A stretch of DNA of 64,000 nt, from the NCBI GenBank assembly GCA_017466685.1, contig JAFTTS010000118.1:9899-73898 (forward strand). The letters are read 5' to 3'. Each line of letters begins with the position of its first letter. Positions within the stretch are counted from its first letter, which is position 1. Positions 8,490-17,221 of the stretch are shown one piece after another. A model generated the notes under the pieces. That model saw nothing but the letters and a program-made list of their open reading frames with translations, made no database searches and was not told where the DNA came from. The DNA is from Clostridia bacterium. GTDB lineage: Bacteria; Bacillota; Clostridia; Oscillospirales; CAG-272. Position numbers and translations under genes: made by a program.

Positions 8490-11279
8490 TTAATGCAAAA
8501 TTGAAACCGTAATACCGAGAGACTCAAATCTCGGCAAAATAAAATCAAGATCCTTTTCTGTCGCCTGTGAGAGCAGAAGTCGCACTCTTCCGTTATCGGA
8601 TGCACCTAAAATATCGTTGGTACGAACCTTACCGATAAGCATCTGCTCTGCCTGTCCATAGCTCTTTTCGCCAAAGTCAAGCTCTAAGAGAACATACAAG
8701 GAAACCTTTCTCTCGGCAAGACTTTCGAAATTTGCAAGAGCTTCGTCAAATGCCTCTTTATTCATGATGTGAGTATTCTCGATGTACTGCTTATCGTGAA
8801 CTGCGCTGTTATAGTCGTATGCACGAAGCAGTGACATCTCGGCAAGGTCACGCAGTATCTTAAAGAGATTGACATAATAGAGCGAGCGCTGATCGGCATC
8901 CGCGTGCCATAAGAATATCACAAGCACAAGCTTACCGCCTCTGCGAACACCTGCCGCATACATCGGAAAATCGGGAATAAGCTCGGTGTTTCGCCAGATC
9001 TCACCCTCGTCAAGCTCTTTGATAACGGGTGCGTATGTATCGGTTGAGATCGAACGCGAAACGCTTGCGATAATATCACGCGAAGCAACCTCAAGTCTGC
9101 CGAACGCACTGTTCTCGGTGACAGAATAAACAGTGATATTTTTATTCTCGAGAACCGTCTCAAAGGTGTCCATAATACGAAGATAAAGCTGATGAGGCTC
9201 GACTGTGTTAAGCTTTCTTGTTATATCAAAGATCTTACCGAAGCTGTCCTTTGAACCGATGATCTGCTTTTTGAGATCGCGTTTTTCACGGAAGGTGTCC
9301 TCATAAAGCTCACGTGTGAATACCAGCTTGTCTTCAAGAAGCTTGTTCTGCTCATTAACAAAGGCGATCTTGTCGTCATATTTAAGCTTGATATAACCGC
9401 ACAGTGCGCCGACAAGGAAGAAGAACACAAAAGCCAGCCAGTTCGTCGGCTCATAGAAGATCGTCAGCGGATTTGTTCCCGAAGCGACCTTCGCAAAGAA
9501 CCACGACACACTACTGAGCGCAGATGCGGCAATTCCGAAATAGAGTCCGTGAGTTGTACCCATGACAACGATATAGACCATTCTGAAATCAACGATTGAG
9601 AAGATCACCGCCGAATCGGTTATATGCAGGAAAAATTCGGTTATTATAAAGAGCAAAAACAGCTCGATTATTTTTACGATACGTGTATGCCGAGCGAGGA
9701 AGCTTTTGATTTTGTCAAAGAGCGTAAGAGTTTTTTCGTTCCTTGCTTCGAGGAAGCGTGTATATTCCTCGGAGAGATTTTCAAGTATGGAAATCTTCGA
9801 AAACCAACCGTATTCATTTCGTAGTGCTTTATTGTTAACGGCTAAAGTCTTTGATGGCACACTACCCTGAAAATCGAATTTCACGTCATCACATAGAGTT
9901 GTAAGTCCATCTGCAAGATCATCGAAAGTAAGACCAAAATCATCGTTAACGGTCATAATACCGCTTCCCGAATTCCAGTTGTCCATGATTCTCGCGACAA
10001 GCTCCGCAAGGTCACACATCGATAAGAAATACATCCTTGAAGTCGCACTCTCGGCAAGCTCCACCGTTTCTCCATCATGCATCCGCTCAAAGATACGGTA
10101 AAGGAAATCACGCTTATCGACTCCCGAATAAAGGTACGGAATCTGCACCGTTTTAATGTCGAGCGATTTTTCCTTGGCGTAATATTCGCAGAGCCTTTCC
10201 TTTGCTGCGGACAGCACTGCTTTATCGGTCTGCGGTGTAAGCGAGGAATCGAGCGAGGCAAGATACAGCACCCTCATATCGGGATTCTTCTCCGAGGCAC
10301 ATTCAAGAACCTCACGAAACTCCTCCGAATCGCTTTTTTCGGTGGAATCATATGTAAGCTCACCCGAAAAATACACAACCGCATCAAAATCGTATGTATC
10401 AAAAACAGCCTGTACAGACGGCTTTTTTATCTTGAAAAGCTTGATTTTTGTATTTGTGTCAAGCTCTGTGTTTCCAACAACGGTAACCTTGCTCGTCGAG
10501 AACGCGGTTTCGATAAATTCACGTGTCAGATACTGCGTATTTCCGATGCACAAAACACGTCCGGGAAGCGTACTTCCGTGATCGTTTACAACAGCGCGTC
10601 GAAGATCAAGCTTTTCACGCAGGGACACAAGAGTTTTGTGATTGACAACCTTCATAAGCGCATCAAGCAAGGTCTCGTCAAAAACTCCGCACATACCGCT
10701 TGATATCATCTGCACCGCGGCATCCTGTGAAATCGCTTCCTTATAGCTTCGTGAGCTTGTGAGTGCATCATAGGAATAGGCAAGCGCAACGACCTGTGCA
10801 CTGATCGGAACATCATCACCGCGAGCACCGTCCGGATAACCCGTGCCGTCAATACGTTCATGGTGAGCTCGTGCGATCTCGGCGGCATATTTTTTAATAA
10901 GCGGATCGATATCACCAAAATCGGTTTCGTTTATTATATTCTCGCCGAATACCGAGTGCTTTTTAACGATATCGTATTCAAGCGGCGAGAGCTTTCCCGG
11001 GTAATCGAGAATACTTTTCGGGATCTGCGATTTTCCGATGTCATGAAGCGATGACGCTATGGCTATGGCGTTTATATGCTCTTCGCCAAGCTCATGCACA
11101 GTACCGTCTTCGACAAGCTGACGCAGAAGCAGCTCGGTCATCATTCTGACTCGGTAAACATGAAAACCGCTTTCACCGTTAAGAGTTTCCGGAATGGCAT
11201 TATCGGTTATATATTCAATTTTCAAGGTGAATACGTCGCCCGACATATCCATGACCAAAACCGGATTCCCCTGATTCAT
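8490..11279 (-). CDS. pelD: PelD-like c-di-GMP receptor with extra N-terminal HD-GYP domain (HD-GYP / degenerate Rossmann-like / 4 TM / GAF / degenerate GGDEF)
   Basis: 929 aa. The domain order is:
- aa 40-215: HD-GYP, with H40xxRV, SLHDIGK (nt 11040-11045) and HHERIDGTGYP (nt 10833-10865).
- aa 240-520: an epimerase/SDR-like fold lacking a clean GxxGxxG.
- aa 535-640: four TM helices.
- C-terminus: a GAF-like region and a GGDEF-like domain with RTND (RxxD I-site, nt 8613-8624) followed by a degenerate SDNGR in place of GGDEF. Confidence 0.8.
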   Translation of the reverse strand: MNQGNPVLVMDMSGDVFTLKIEYITDNAIPETLNGESGFHVYRVRMMTELLLRQLVEDGTVHELGEEHINAIAIASSLHDIGKSQIPKSILDYPGKLSPLEYDIVKKHSVFGENIINETDFGDIDPLIKKYAAEIARAHHERIDGTGYPDGARGDDVPISAQVVALAYSYDALTSSRSYKEAISQDAAVQMISSGMCGVFDETLLDALMKVVNHKTLVSLREKLDLRRAVVNDHGSTLPGRVLCIGNTQYLTREFIETAFSTSKVTVVGNTELDTNTKIKLFKIKKPSVQAVFDTYDFDAVVYFSGELTYDSTEKSDSEEFREVLECASEKNPDMRVLYLASLDSSLTPQTDKAVLSAAKERLCEYYAKEKSLDIKTVQIPYLYSGVDKRDFLYRIFERMHDGETVELAESATSRMYFLSMCDLAELVARIMDNWNSGSGIMTVNDDFGLTFDDLADGLTTLCDDVKFDFQGSVPSKTLAVNNKALRNEYGWFSKISILENLSEEYTRFLEARNEKTLTLFDKIKSFLARHTRIVKIIELFLLFIITEFFLHITDSAVIFSIVDFRMVYIVVMGTTHGLYFGIAASALSSVSWFFAKVASGTNPLTIFYEPTNWLAFVFFFLVGALCGYIKLKYDDKIAFVNEQNKLLEDKLVFTRELYEDTFREKRDLKKQIIGSKDSFGKIFDITRKLNTVEPHQLYLRIMDTFETVLENKNITVYSVTENSAFGRLEVASRDIIASVSRSISTDTYAPVIKELDEGEIWRNTELIPDFPMYAAGVRRGGKLVLVIFLWHADADQRSLYYVNLFKILRDLAEMSLLRAYDYNSAVHDKQYIENTHIMNKEAFDEALANFESLAERKVSLYVLLELDFGEKSYGQAEQMLIGKVRTNDILGASDNGRVRLLLSQATEKDLDFILPRFESLGITVSILH

Positions 11280-11362
11280 AAGTCTTCCCCTTTAAATGTA
11301 TATAAATTATATAAATTCCAATATTATACAAAAACTATCCATAATAATATCCCTATTTTATT

Positions 11363-11391
11363 ATTATAGCAAATTTTTTCAGAAAATGCAA
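11363..11391 (-). promoter_or_regulatory. Sigma-A-type promoter upstream of pelD
   Basis: On the minus strand this reads TTGCAT-17 nt-TATAAT (TTGCATTTTCTGAAAAAATTTGCTATAAT). It lies about 85 nt upstream of the pelD ATG and downstream of the trxB terminator. Confidence 0.55.
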
Positions 11392-11410
11392 CATTTATTT
11401 CAATATTGTT

Positions 11411-11464
11411 AAAACAAAAAGAACTGCCCCACGACACCAAAAACGTGCCTGAAAAAACAGTTCT
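11411..11464 (-). terminator. Hairpin terminator after trxB
   Basis: The minus strand reads AGAACTG...CAGTTCT (arms at 11458-11464 and 11420-11426), with an inner CACG/CGTG pairing, followed by TTTTGTTTT. Confidence 0.5.
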
Positions 11465-11476
11465 CTCTTAGTAATT

Positions 11477-12403
11477 TTATAAATCCAATCCCGCCAGATA
11501 TTCCTCTGCGAAATGAACCGCGACAGCACCGTCACTAACGGCAGTCACAACCTGACGCAGTGGCTTTGTCCTGACGTCGCCGACAGCGTAAACACCCTCG
11601 ATATTTGTCCTTGTCGTTTCGTCTGCCACGATGTAACCGTTTTCGTCGAGAATAAGCTCATCCGAAAAAAGCTCCGATGCAGGTTTTCGTCCGATACTGA
11701 CAAACAATCCGTCAAAATGAAGTTCTTTTTCCTCACCGCTCTTGAGATTCTTCAGCTTCGCGCCGGTAAGCTTCCCGTCAACGATATAATCATAAACGGC
11801 ACTATCCCATATAAATTCGACATTTTCAGCTTTAATAAGCGGTGCATGATATATTTTAGTCGCTCTCAAATTATCTCTGCGATGTATCAGATAAACCTTT
11901 TTTGCAAGATGCGAAAGATAAAGTGCATCCGCCGCGGCACTGTTTCCGCCGCCGACAACGGCAACCGTTTTGTCTTTGTAAAACCGTCCGTCACAGTGTG
12001 CACAGTAGTGAAGTCCCTTGCCGATAAGTGATTTGTCGCCGTCAAGACCAAGCTCCCTTGGATTTGCACCTGTAGCAATAACCACGGTGTATGCCGAAAG
12101 CTCTCCCGATGCAGTGAAAATCCGTTTTATCTTCCCTGAAAGCTCCACTCTCTCAACCGAGGTATACTCCGTCTTTGAACCGAAACGCTCGGCACCTGCC
12201 TGCATTTTCATACCGAGTGTGAAGCCGTCAACACCCTCATCAAAGCCGGGATAATTGTCTATAGTCCCCGTGAGCGCCATCTGACCGCCGACCGACATTT
12301 TTTCTATAACGAGTGTATCAAGTCCGGCACGTGATGCATAAAGTGCCGCAGTATATCCCGCCGGACCGCCGCCGATGATTATCATATTATAAATATGCTC
12401 CAT
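11477..12403 (-). CDS. trxB: Thioredoxin-disulfide reductase
   Basis: 308 aa. FAD motif IIIGGGPAGYTAALYASRAGL. Redox centre CAHCDG (the usual form is CATCDG). NADPH motif GGGNSA...HRRDNLRA. RBS AAAGGAG. Confidence 0.92.
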   Translation of the reverse strand: MEHIYNMIIIGGGPAGYTAALYASRAGLDTLVIEKMSVGGQMALTGTIDNYPGFDEGVDGFTLGMKMQAGAERFGSKTEYTSVERVELSGKIKRIFTASGELSAYTVVIATGANPRELGLDGDKSLIGKGLHYCAHCDGRFYKDKTVAVVGGGNSAAADALYLSHLAKKVYLIHRRDNLRATKIYHAPLIKAENVEFIWDSAVYDYIVDGKLTGAKLKNLKSGEEKELHFDGLFVSIGRKPASELFSDELILDENGYIVADETTRTNIEGVYAVGDVRTKPLRQVVTAVSDGAVAVHFAEEYLAGLDL

Positions 12404-12479
12404 TACGGTTCTCCTTTAATCGTTTTGCAATAGAGGTAATACCGGAAGCTGAACGAAGCGGATAAAACGTCTCGCCAAG

Positions 12480-12788
12480 TCAATCCTCTAAGAGCGCAAG
12501 AATCTGCACCTTCGGCATTGCACCGACAGCCTGATTTGCAACCTTACCATTTTTAAGAACAACGAGCGTCGGAATGCTCATAACGCCAAACTCGCCTGCG
12601 ATTTCCGGCTCATCGTCAACATTGATCTTTCCGACAACGATATCGTCACGCTCCTCGGCGATCTCGTCAACAAGAGGCGAAACCATACGGCAAGGACCGC
12701 ACCATTCCGCATAAAAATCGAGCAGCACGGGCTTATCGCTTCCTTTGATCGAATCGAAATTAGTTTTGTTTACACTGATAACAGCCAT
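12480..12788 (-). CDS. trxA: Thioredoxin
   Basis: 102 aa with the WCGPC active site and typical length. RBS AAAGGAG. Confidence 0.93.
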   Translation of the reverse strand: MAVISVNKTNFDSIKGSDKPVLLDFYAEWCGPCRMVSPLVDEIAEERDDIVVGKINVDDEPEIAGEFGVMSIPTLVVLKNGKVANQAVGAMPKVQILALLED

Positions 12789-12912
12789 TTTTATATCTCC
12801 TTTTGCGTTTATTTTTTTATATTTATATTTTATCGATTTTTCACGCGTTCATTCCTGAATTAAGCCGCATGAAATGAATATCACGGAATCGCTGCTATTG
12901 TACCACATAATT

Positions 12913-12941
12913 ATTATAACACAATCGATTATATATGTCAA
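12913..12941 (-). promoter_or_regulatory. Sigma-A-type promoter for trxA (long leader)
   Basis: The minus strand reads TTGACA-17 nt-TATAAT with a TG extension (TTGACATATATAATCGATTGTGTTATAAT). It implies a 5' UTR of about 115 nt. Confidence 0.55.
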
Positions 12942-13004
12942 TCACTCCCATCCCGAAAAAGAGTTTTTTGCCCGATTCAGGGACAAACGCAAGGACTGTG
13001 GGAT

Positions 13005-13033
13005 TTGAATGTCACGGAAAAATATGTTAAAAT
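13005..13033 (+). promoter_or_regulatory. Sigma-A-type promoter for the Mor-like/AIM24 operon
   Basis: TTGAAT-17 nt-TAAAAT with an upstream TG (TTGAATGTCACGGAAAAATATGTTAAAAT). Confidence 0.5.
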
Positions 13034-13056
13034 GGTAAAGCATGAGAAAGGCAGTG

Positions 13057-13332
13057 ATGACGATGGACAATTCCAAAGAATCAGAGCTCTTTAATGAAGT
13101 CTACAAAGAAATCTGCTCTGAAATGGGACTTGATGCGGCAATAAAAATCTACCGGTTGTTCAAAGGTCAGCAGATAACCTTCCCCGTGCATTTATTCAAC
13201 TCCAAACGCATCGGGAGCAGTATCATCAAGGAATATGACGGCACGAATATCCGTGAATTATCAAAAAAATACGGTTATTCGGAAAAGACAATACGGCGTA
13301 TGATACGCGAGAGATTGGCGGATGTGGAGTAA
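13057..13332 (+). CDS. Mor-family-like small HTH DNA-binding protein
   Basis: About 91 aa. The pattern GQQITFPV...YDGTNIRELSKKYGYSEKTIRRMIRE resembles the Mor transcription activator family (G.qiyiP ... G.N..eLA.kY.lS...IyrIi). The ORF track starts at 13042. I prefer ATG 13057 because GAAAGG lies 5 nt upstream and the predicted transcription start is about 13040. Confidence 0.6.
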   Translation: MTMDNSKESELFNEVYKEICSEMGLDAAIKIYRLFKGQQITFPVHLFNSKRIGSSIIKEYDGTNIRELSKKYGYSEKTIRRMIRERLADVE

Positions 13333-13370
13333 CACAAAAAATATTTTTATTACATTAAAGGAGAACTACA

Positions 13371-14237
13371 ATGGCAATTCAAATGGGCAACTGGATCAAC
13401 GACAATCGTAAGGTCATCTCATCACTCGGAAGCTTCAAGGTTATTGAGCACCAGAAGGATCTCAGCGTCAGTCATTTAACTGCACAGAACGAATATTTTC
13501 TCTCGCAGATGAATGTCAAGTTGAGACAGGTTGAGATCGAGCTTAACGGAAGCAACACGGTTAAAACCCAGGCAGGCGCAATGCAGATGATGCTCGGTAA
13601 TATAGAAATGGCAACCGGCGTCACAGGAGCAAAGGGCTTCCTCGGTTCAATGCTCAAGGCGGCAGTAACAAGCGAATCCGCGGTGAAGCCCGAATATTCC
13701 GGTGTCGGACAGGTTATTCTCGAGCCGACATACAAGCACATCATACTTCAGGATGTCAGCGCATGGGGAGCCGGCGGCCTTGTTATTGAGGACGGTATGT
13801 TTTTGGCAAGCGAAGGAAGTGTTCAGCATAACGTCGTTGAAATATCAAATGACGTGGCAACCACACTTCTGAGCGGAGAGGGACTTTACAATCTCTGCTT
13901 CACGGGTTCGGGCGCTGTTGCACTTGAAAGCTATGTGCCGTTTGAAGAACTTATTGAAATTAATTTGCAGGACGATGTACTGAAAATTGATGGAAACATG
14001 GCAGTCTGCTGGAGCGGTTCACTTAAGCTGACAGTTGAAAAGACCACAAAGAGTCTGCTTGGCTCGCTTGCAAGCGGTGAGGGACTTGTTAACGTTTACA
14101 GAGGCACGGGAAAGGTTTGGGTAAGCCCTGTAGCCGGAACAAAGAAGAGTTCACCTCAAACAGCCAATAACGGCAGCAGCACAGATAAAGATGCAAAATC
14201 AAGCGGCGGCGGTTTACTCGGTGCACTTTTAGGCTAA
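13371..14237 (+). CDS. AIM24-family protein (DUF124/TIGR00266-like)
   Basis: 288 aa. A beta-rich sequence with LSGEGLYNLCFTGSGAVALES and GEGLVNVYRGTGKVWV, typical of AIM24-family proteins. RBS AAAGGAG. Confidence 0.75.
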   Translation: MAIQMGNWINDNRKVISSLGSFKVIEHQKDLSVSHLTAQNEYFLSQMNVKLRQVEIELNGSNTVKTQAGAMQMMLGNIEMATGVTGAKGFLGSMLKAAVTSESAVKPEYSGVGQVILEPTYKHIILQDVSAWGAGGLVIEDGMFLASEGSVQHNVVEISNDVATTLLSGEGLYNLCFTGSGAVALESYVPFEELIEINLQDDVLKIDGNMAVCWSGSLKLTVEKTTKSLLGSLASGEGLVNVYRGTGKVWVSPVAGTKKSSPQTANNGSSTDKDAKSSGGGLLGALLG

Positions 14238-14270
14238 TTAATATTCATTCATTACGGAGGAAAATCAATT

Positions 14271-14729
14271 ATGGAACTTATTAAAAAATACAAAAATTAT
14301 ATCATCATTGCTCTTTGTGCCCTCGCACTTATCTCTCTGTTTCTGCCAATGGCAACGATCACTGCGGAAAACGAATATGCCGATTCTTCCCAGTCTGTCA
14401 CCGGATTCACGATCGCCTTCTCGAGATACTACCCGATCCTGCTGATCCTCGGTCCGATAGCACTCGCCATTTCCGAGTATCTGCCTCAGCTCAAGCCTTA
14501 TAAGAAGATACTCACTCTCGCAGTGCCGGTTGTTTGCATAATCATAACCGTGATTTCATTGCTTACGGCTTCAAGTGTGGCAAGTGCGTTTGACAGTGAA
14601 TATGCAGATGTGTCCTCAAGCATCGGAATCGGTGCAATACTCGGTATCATTGCCCATCTCGGAATCGGCATCCTCGGCTTCCTCGATAATAAGGAAGAGA
14701 TCATGGAGCTGACCAAAAAATCGAAGTAA
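14271..14729 (+). CDS. Hypothetical integral membrane protein
   Basis: 152 aa with about four hydrophobic helices. RBS GGAGGA 8 nt upstream. I recognise no family. Confidence 0.6.
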   Translation: MELIKKYKNYIIIALCALALISLFLPMATITAENEYADSSQSVTGFTIAFSRYYPILLILGPIALAISEYLPQLKPYKKILTLAVPVVCIIITVISLLTASSVASAFDSEYADVSSSIGIGAILGIIAHLGIGILGFLDNKEEIMELTKKSK

Positions 14730-14771
14730 TACTTATAAATTAATCACATTTCTCGTCAATACCCCCGCTTG

Positions 14772-14812
14772 ACGCTCCCCATCAAAATTACGGTGAGGAG
14801 CGTTGTTTTATT
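14772..14812 (+). terminator. Hairpin terminator after the membrane-protein gene
   Basis: ACGCTCC (14772-14778) pairs with GGAGCGT (14797-14803), followed by TGTTTTATT. The loop is rather long. Confidence 0.45.
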
Positions 14813-14821
14813 CCCCGTTAC

Positions 14822-14855
14822 AACAAAAAAGCCTCGGCACCGTAATACCAAGGCT
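14822..14855 (-). terminator. Hairpin terminator after the aminotransferase gene
   Basis: On the minus strand AGCCTTGG...CCGAGGCT (8 bp, one mismatch) is followed by TTTTTTGTTG. Confidence 0.6.
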
Positions 14856-14875
14856 TGTGTATAACTTATGTAAGC

Positions 14876-16174
14876 TTATTTGATGTTTCTCTTGAAAACA
14901 GGATTTACTCTTGCGCCCTCGGAAAGGATTCCGTCAACGCTGTCCTTGTCGATCGCTTTTCTGATCTCTGCGAATGCACAGTCAGCCGCATCAAGGAACT
15001 TCTTAACATCGTCCTCGGTGTGTGAGAACGAAATGTTTGTGATTGCCTGGCAGAGGATGCCGTTTTCGAGCATATTCTTCGCATAAATAGAATGAATATC
15101 AAGATAGTTAAGCGAACCGACATCATCGAATGCAACACCGCAGTGAGCCGCAAGACCACTGACCGAAACAGCCGCACCGACGCCGTGCTTTTCAACTCTC
15201 TCCTTGAGTCCCTCGAGAATCATTGTACCGAGCTTCCAAGCGTGTCCCATAACGTCCTTTTCCTGCATTTCCTTAATGGTTGCAAGTGCGCCTGCCATAG
15301 AAATTGCATCGCCGCCGAAGGTCATTGAAACGAATACACCCTGCTCAATAAGGCTGATGATCTCTCTCTTACCTGCAACGAACGAGAGCGACATACCGTT
15401 TGCACAGCCCTTACCGTAGGATGCCATATCGGGAGTTACACCGTAATATTCGCTTGCACCGCCGATTGCATATCTGAAGCCGCTTACAACCTCGTCGAAG
15501 ATTGCAACAGCACCATGCTTGTGTGCGGTATCGATCACAGCCTGGAGATATTCCTTGGTTGTGCCGTTTGACTGGATCGGCTCCATAATAACAGCAGCAT
15601 ATTCGCCGGGATGTGCAGCGAGAAGATTTTCAAGCGAAGCGATATCGTTATACTTGAAGGTCTTGGTAAGCTCACAAACTGCCTTCGGTACACCCTTGTT
15701 GTTTGCAGAAGCACCGATCGACCAGTCGTGCATACCGTGGTAACCGCACATTGCAACGCGCTCACGTCCGGTGTATGCTCTTGCAAGTCTGATTGCAGCA
15801 GTTGTAGCGTCACTTCCGTTTTTAACGAACTTTACCATCTCTGCACAGGGGATAACTTCAACGAGCTTTTCTGCGAGCTCACACTCAACGGGAGCCTGAG
15901 TTGAGAAAATGATACCCTTGTTAAGCTGTTCCATAACAGCCTTGTTTACTGCGGGATAATTGTAACCGAGAGTGATCGGGCCGAGGCAGCAGATAAAGTC
16001 GATAAATTCGTTTCCGTCAACGTCGTATACTCTTGCGCCTTCCGCATGATCGATAAACATAGGTGCCGCGCCGGGCATGAAATAACGATAGCTCTTACTG
16101 AAGGTCTGTGCCGCGAGAGGAGCTACCTTCTTCTCTCTTTCAATGAGTGCATTGCTTTTTTCAAAAGATCTCAT
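14876..16174 (-). CDS. Class-III (GSA-aminomutase-like) PLP-dependent aminotransferase
   Basis: 432 aa. HemL-like layout with KNGSDATTAAIRLARAYTGR, IFDEVVSGFR and the Lys-containing SYGKGCANG. RBS AAGGAG. Confidence 0.8.
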   Translation of the reverse strand: MRSFEKSNALIEREKKVAPLAAQTFSKSYRYFMPGAAPMFIDHAEGARVYDVDGNEFIDFICCLGPITLGYNYPAVNKAVMEQLNKGIIFSTQAPVECELAEKLVEVIPCAEMVKFVKNGSDATTAAIRLARAYTGRERVAMCGYHGMHDWSIGASANNKGVPKAVCELTKTFKYNDIASLENLLAAHPGEYAAVIMEPIQSNGTTKEYLQAVIDTAHKHGAVAIFDEVVSGFRYAIGGASEYYGVTPDMASYGKGCANGMSLSFVAGKREIISLIEQGVFVSMTFGGDAISMAGALATIKEMQEKDVMGHAWKLGTMILEGLKERVEKHGVGAAVSVSGLAAHCGVAFDDVGSLNYLDIHSIYAKNMLENGILCQAITNISFSHTEDDVKKFLDAADCAFAEIRKAIDKDSVDGILSEGARVNPVFKRNIK

Positions 16175-16339
16175 AACTGATTCTCCTTGGTTTGTTTTTT
16201 ATTTTATTATATAGGAAAATCTGTGATATTACAACGAGCATTTTATTCGTTTTTTTAAGAAAAAATGATCGATTTTTTGGATTTATATTGATTTTTTGCT
16301 TAAATTCTGATATAATTGAAAAAAAGGAGCGTGATATGT

Positions 16340-17209
16340 GTGACGAAGCTGGAAGCTGCCCTCGGAGATGCCCTGTTCACCGTTGACATTGATTTTCAAA
16401 AATTATCTCCGACAAATAAGTGGCATGATACTACGCATTTCCACGTGGACAGTGAGATTCATATAATATTAAACGGTAATGCTCTGATCGAAATCGGCGG
16501 AAAAGATGTCGAGATAAACACGGGAGACATATGCCTGCTCGCTCCGGGATCAAGTCATTACCCGAAAATTTGCAGTGATACGCTCAAAAAGACAAATTTC
16601 TCGTTCAGCCTGACGCAGAATTTCACCTGTAACCGAAGCCCAAAAAGCTTTTCGGAATACGTGTATTACAGTAACATTTTCAAATCGGTCAGTGAATATT
16701 TTATCATAAACGACACCGAGCTTTTATCCATCATACAAAAGCTTCTCACCGAGCAATTTTCGAGTGAGAACGAGCATATATACAAGGCATTGCTGTCGAT
16801 CTTTTTTATAACGCTCGCAAAACGTATAAAGGAGCACCACCCTGCTTACAGAGAACAGACCGTCCGCGGCATATCGGAAAGTGAAAACAGCTTTAAGCAA
16901 AGGGACTGCGTTGAGCATTTTTTTCAATATAGATTCAATGAAAATATCAGTATAGAGGATCTTACAAAGGAGCTGTGTTTATCGATACCGCACACTCACA
17001 GAATCGTAAAAAAGGTTTTCGACGAGGGCTTCAAAAAGACACTTATGAAGCAGCGTATCGAACACGCCTGTATGCTTATAAAGCAGCACGACCTAACGCT
17101 GAACGAAATTGCATACAGCTGCGGATACACTTCGTACAACGGTTTTTTAGCCGCCTTCAAAAGCTACATGGGCAAAACTCCGAAGGAATATGAGAAATCG
17201 GTACGGTGA
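16340..17209 (+). CDS. AraC-family transcriptional regulator (cupin + HTH)
   Basis: C-terminal AraC HTH (LNEIAYSCGYTSYNGFLAAFKSYMGKTPKEY) and N-terminal cupin-like region. The ORF track begins at TTG 16316. I prefer in-frame GTG 16340, 10 nt after AGGAG. It is divergent from the aminotransferase gene. Confidence 0.8.
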   Translation: MTKLEAALGDALFTVDIDFQKLSPTNKWHDTTHFHVDSEIHIILNGNALIEIGGKDVEINTGDICLLAPGSSHYPKICSDTLKKTNFSFSLTQNFTCNRSPKSFSEYVYYSNIFKSVSEYFIINDTELLSIIQKLLTEQFSSENEHIYKALLSIFFITLAKRIKEHHPAYREQTVRGISESENSFKQRDCVEHFFQYRFNENISIEDLTKELCLSIPHTHRIVKKVFDEGFKKTLMKQRIEHACMLIKQHDLTLNEIAYSCGYTSYNGFLAAFKSYMGKTPKEYEKSVR

Positions 17210-17221
17210 GCTCAGGAAAAT

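Noticed and set aside
12789-12912. The long trxA 5' leader (about 115 nt) as a possible riboswitch or regulatory RNA.
   Set aside because: I could not find a stable conserved-looking stem, a terminator/antiterminator pair or a known motif. The promoter assignment itself is only predicted.
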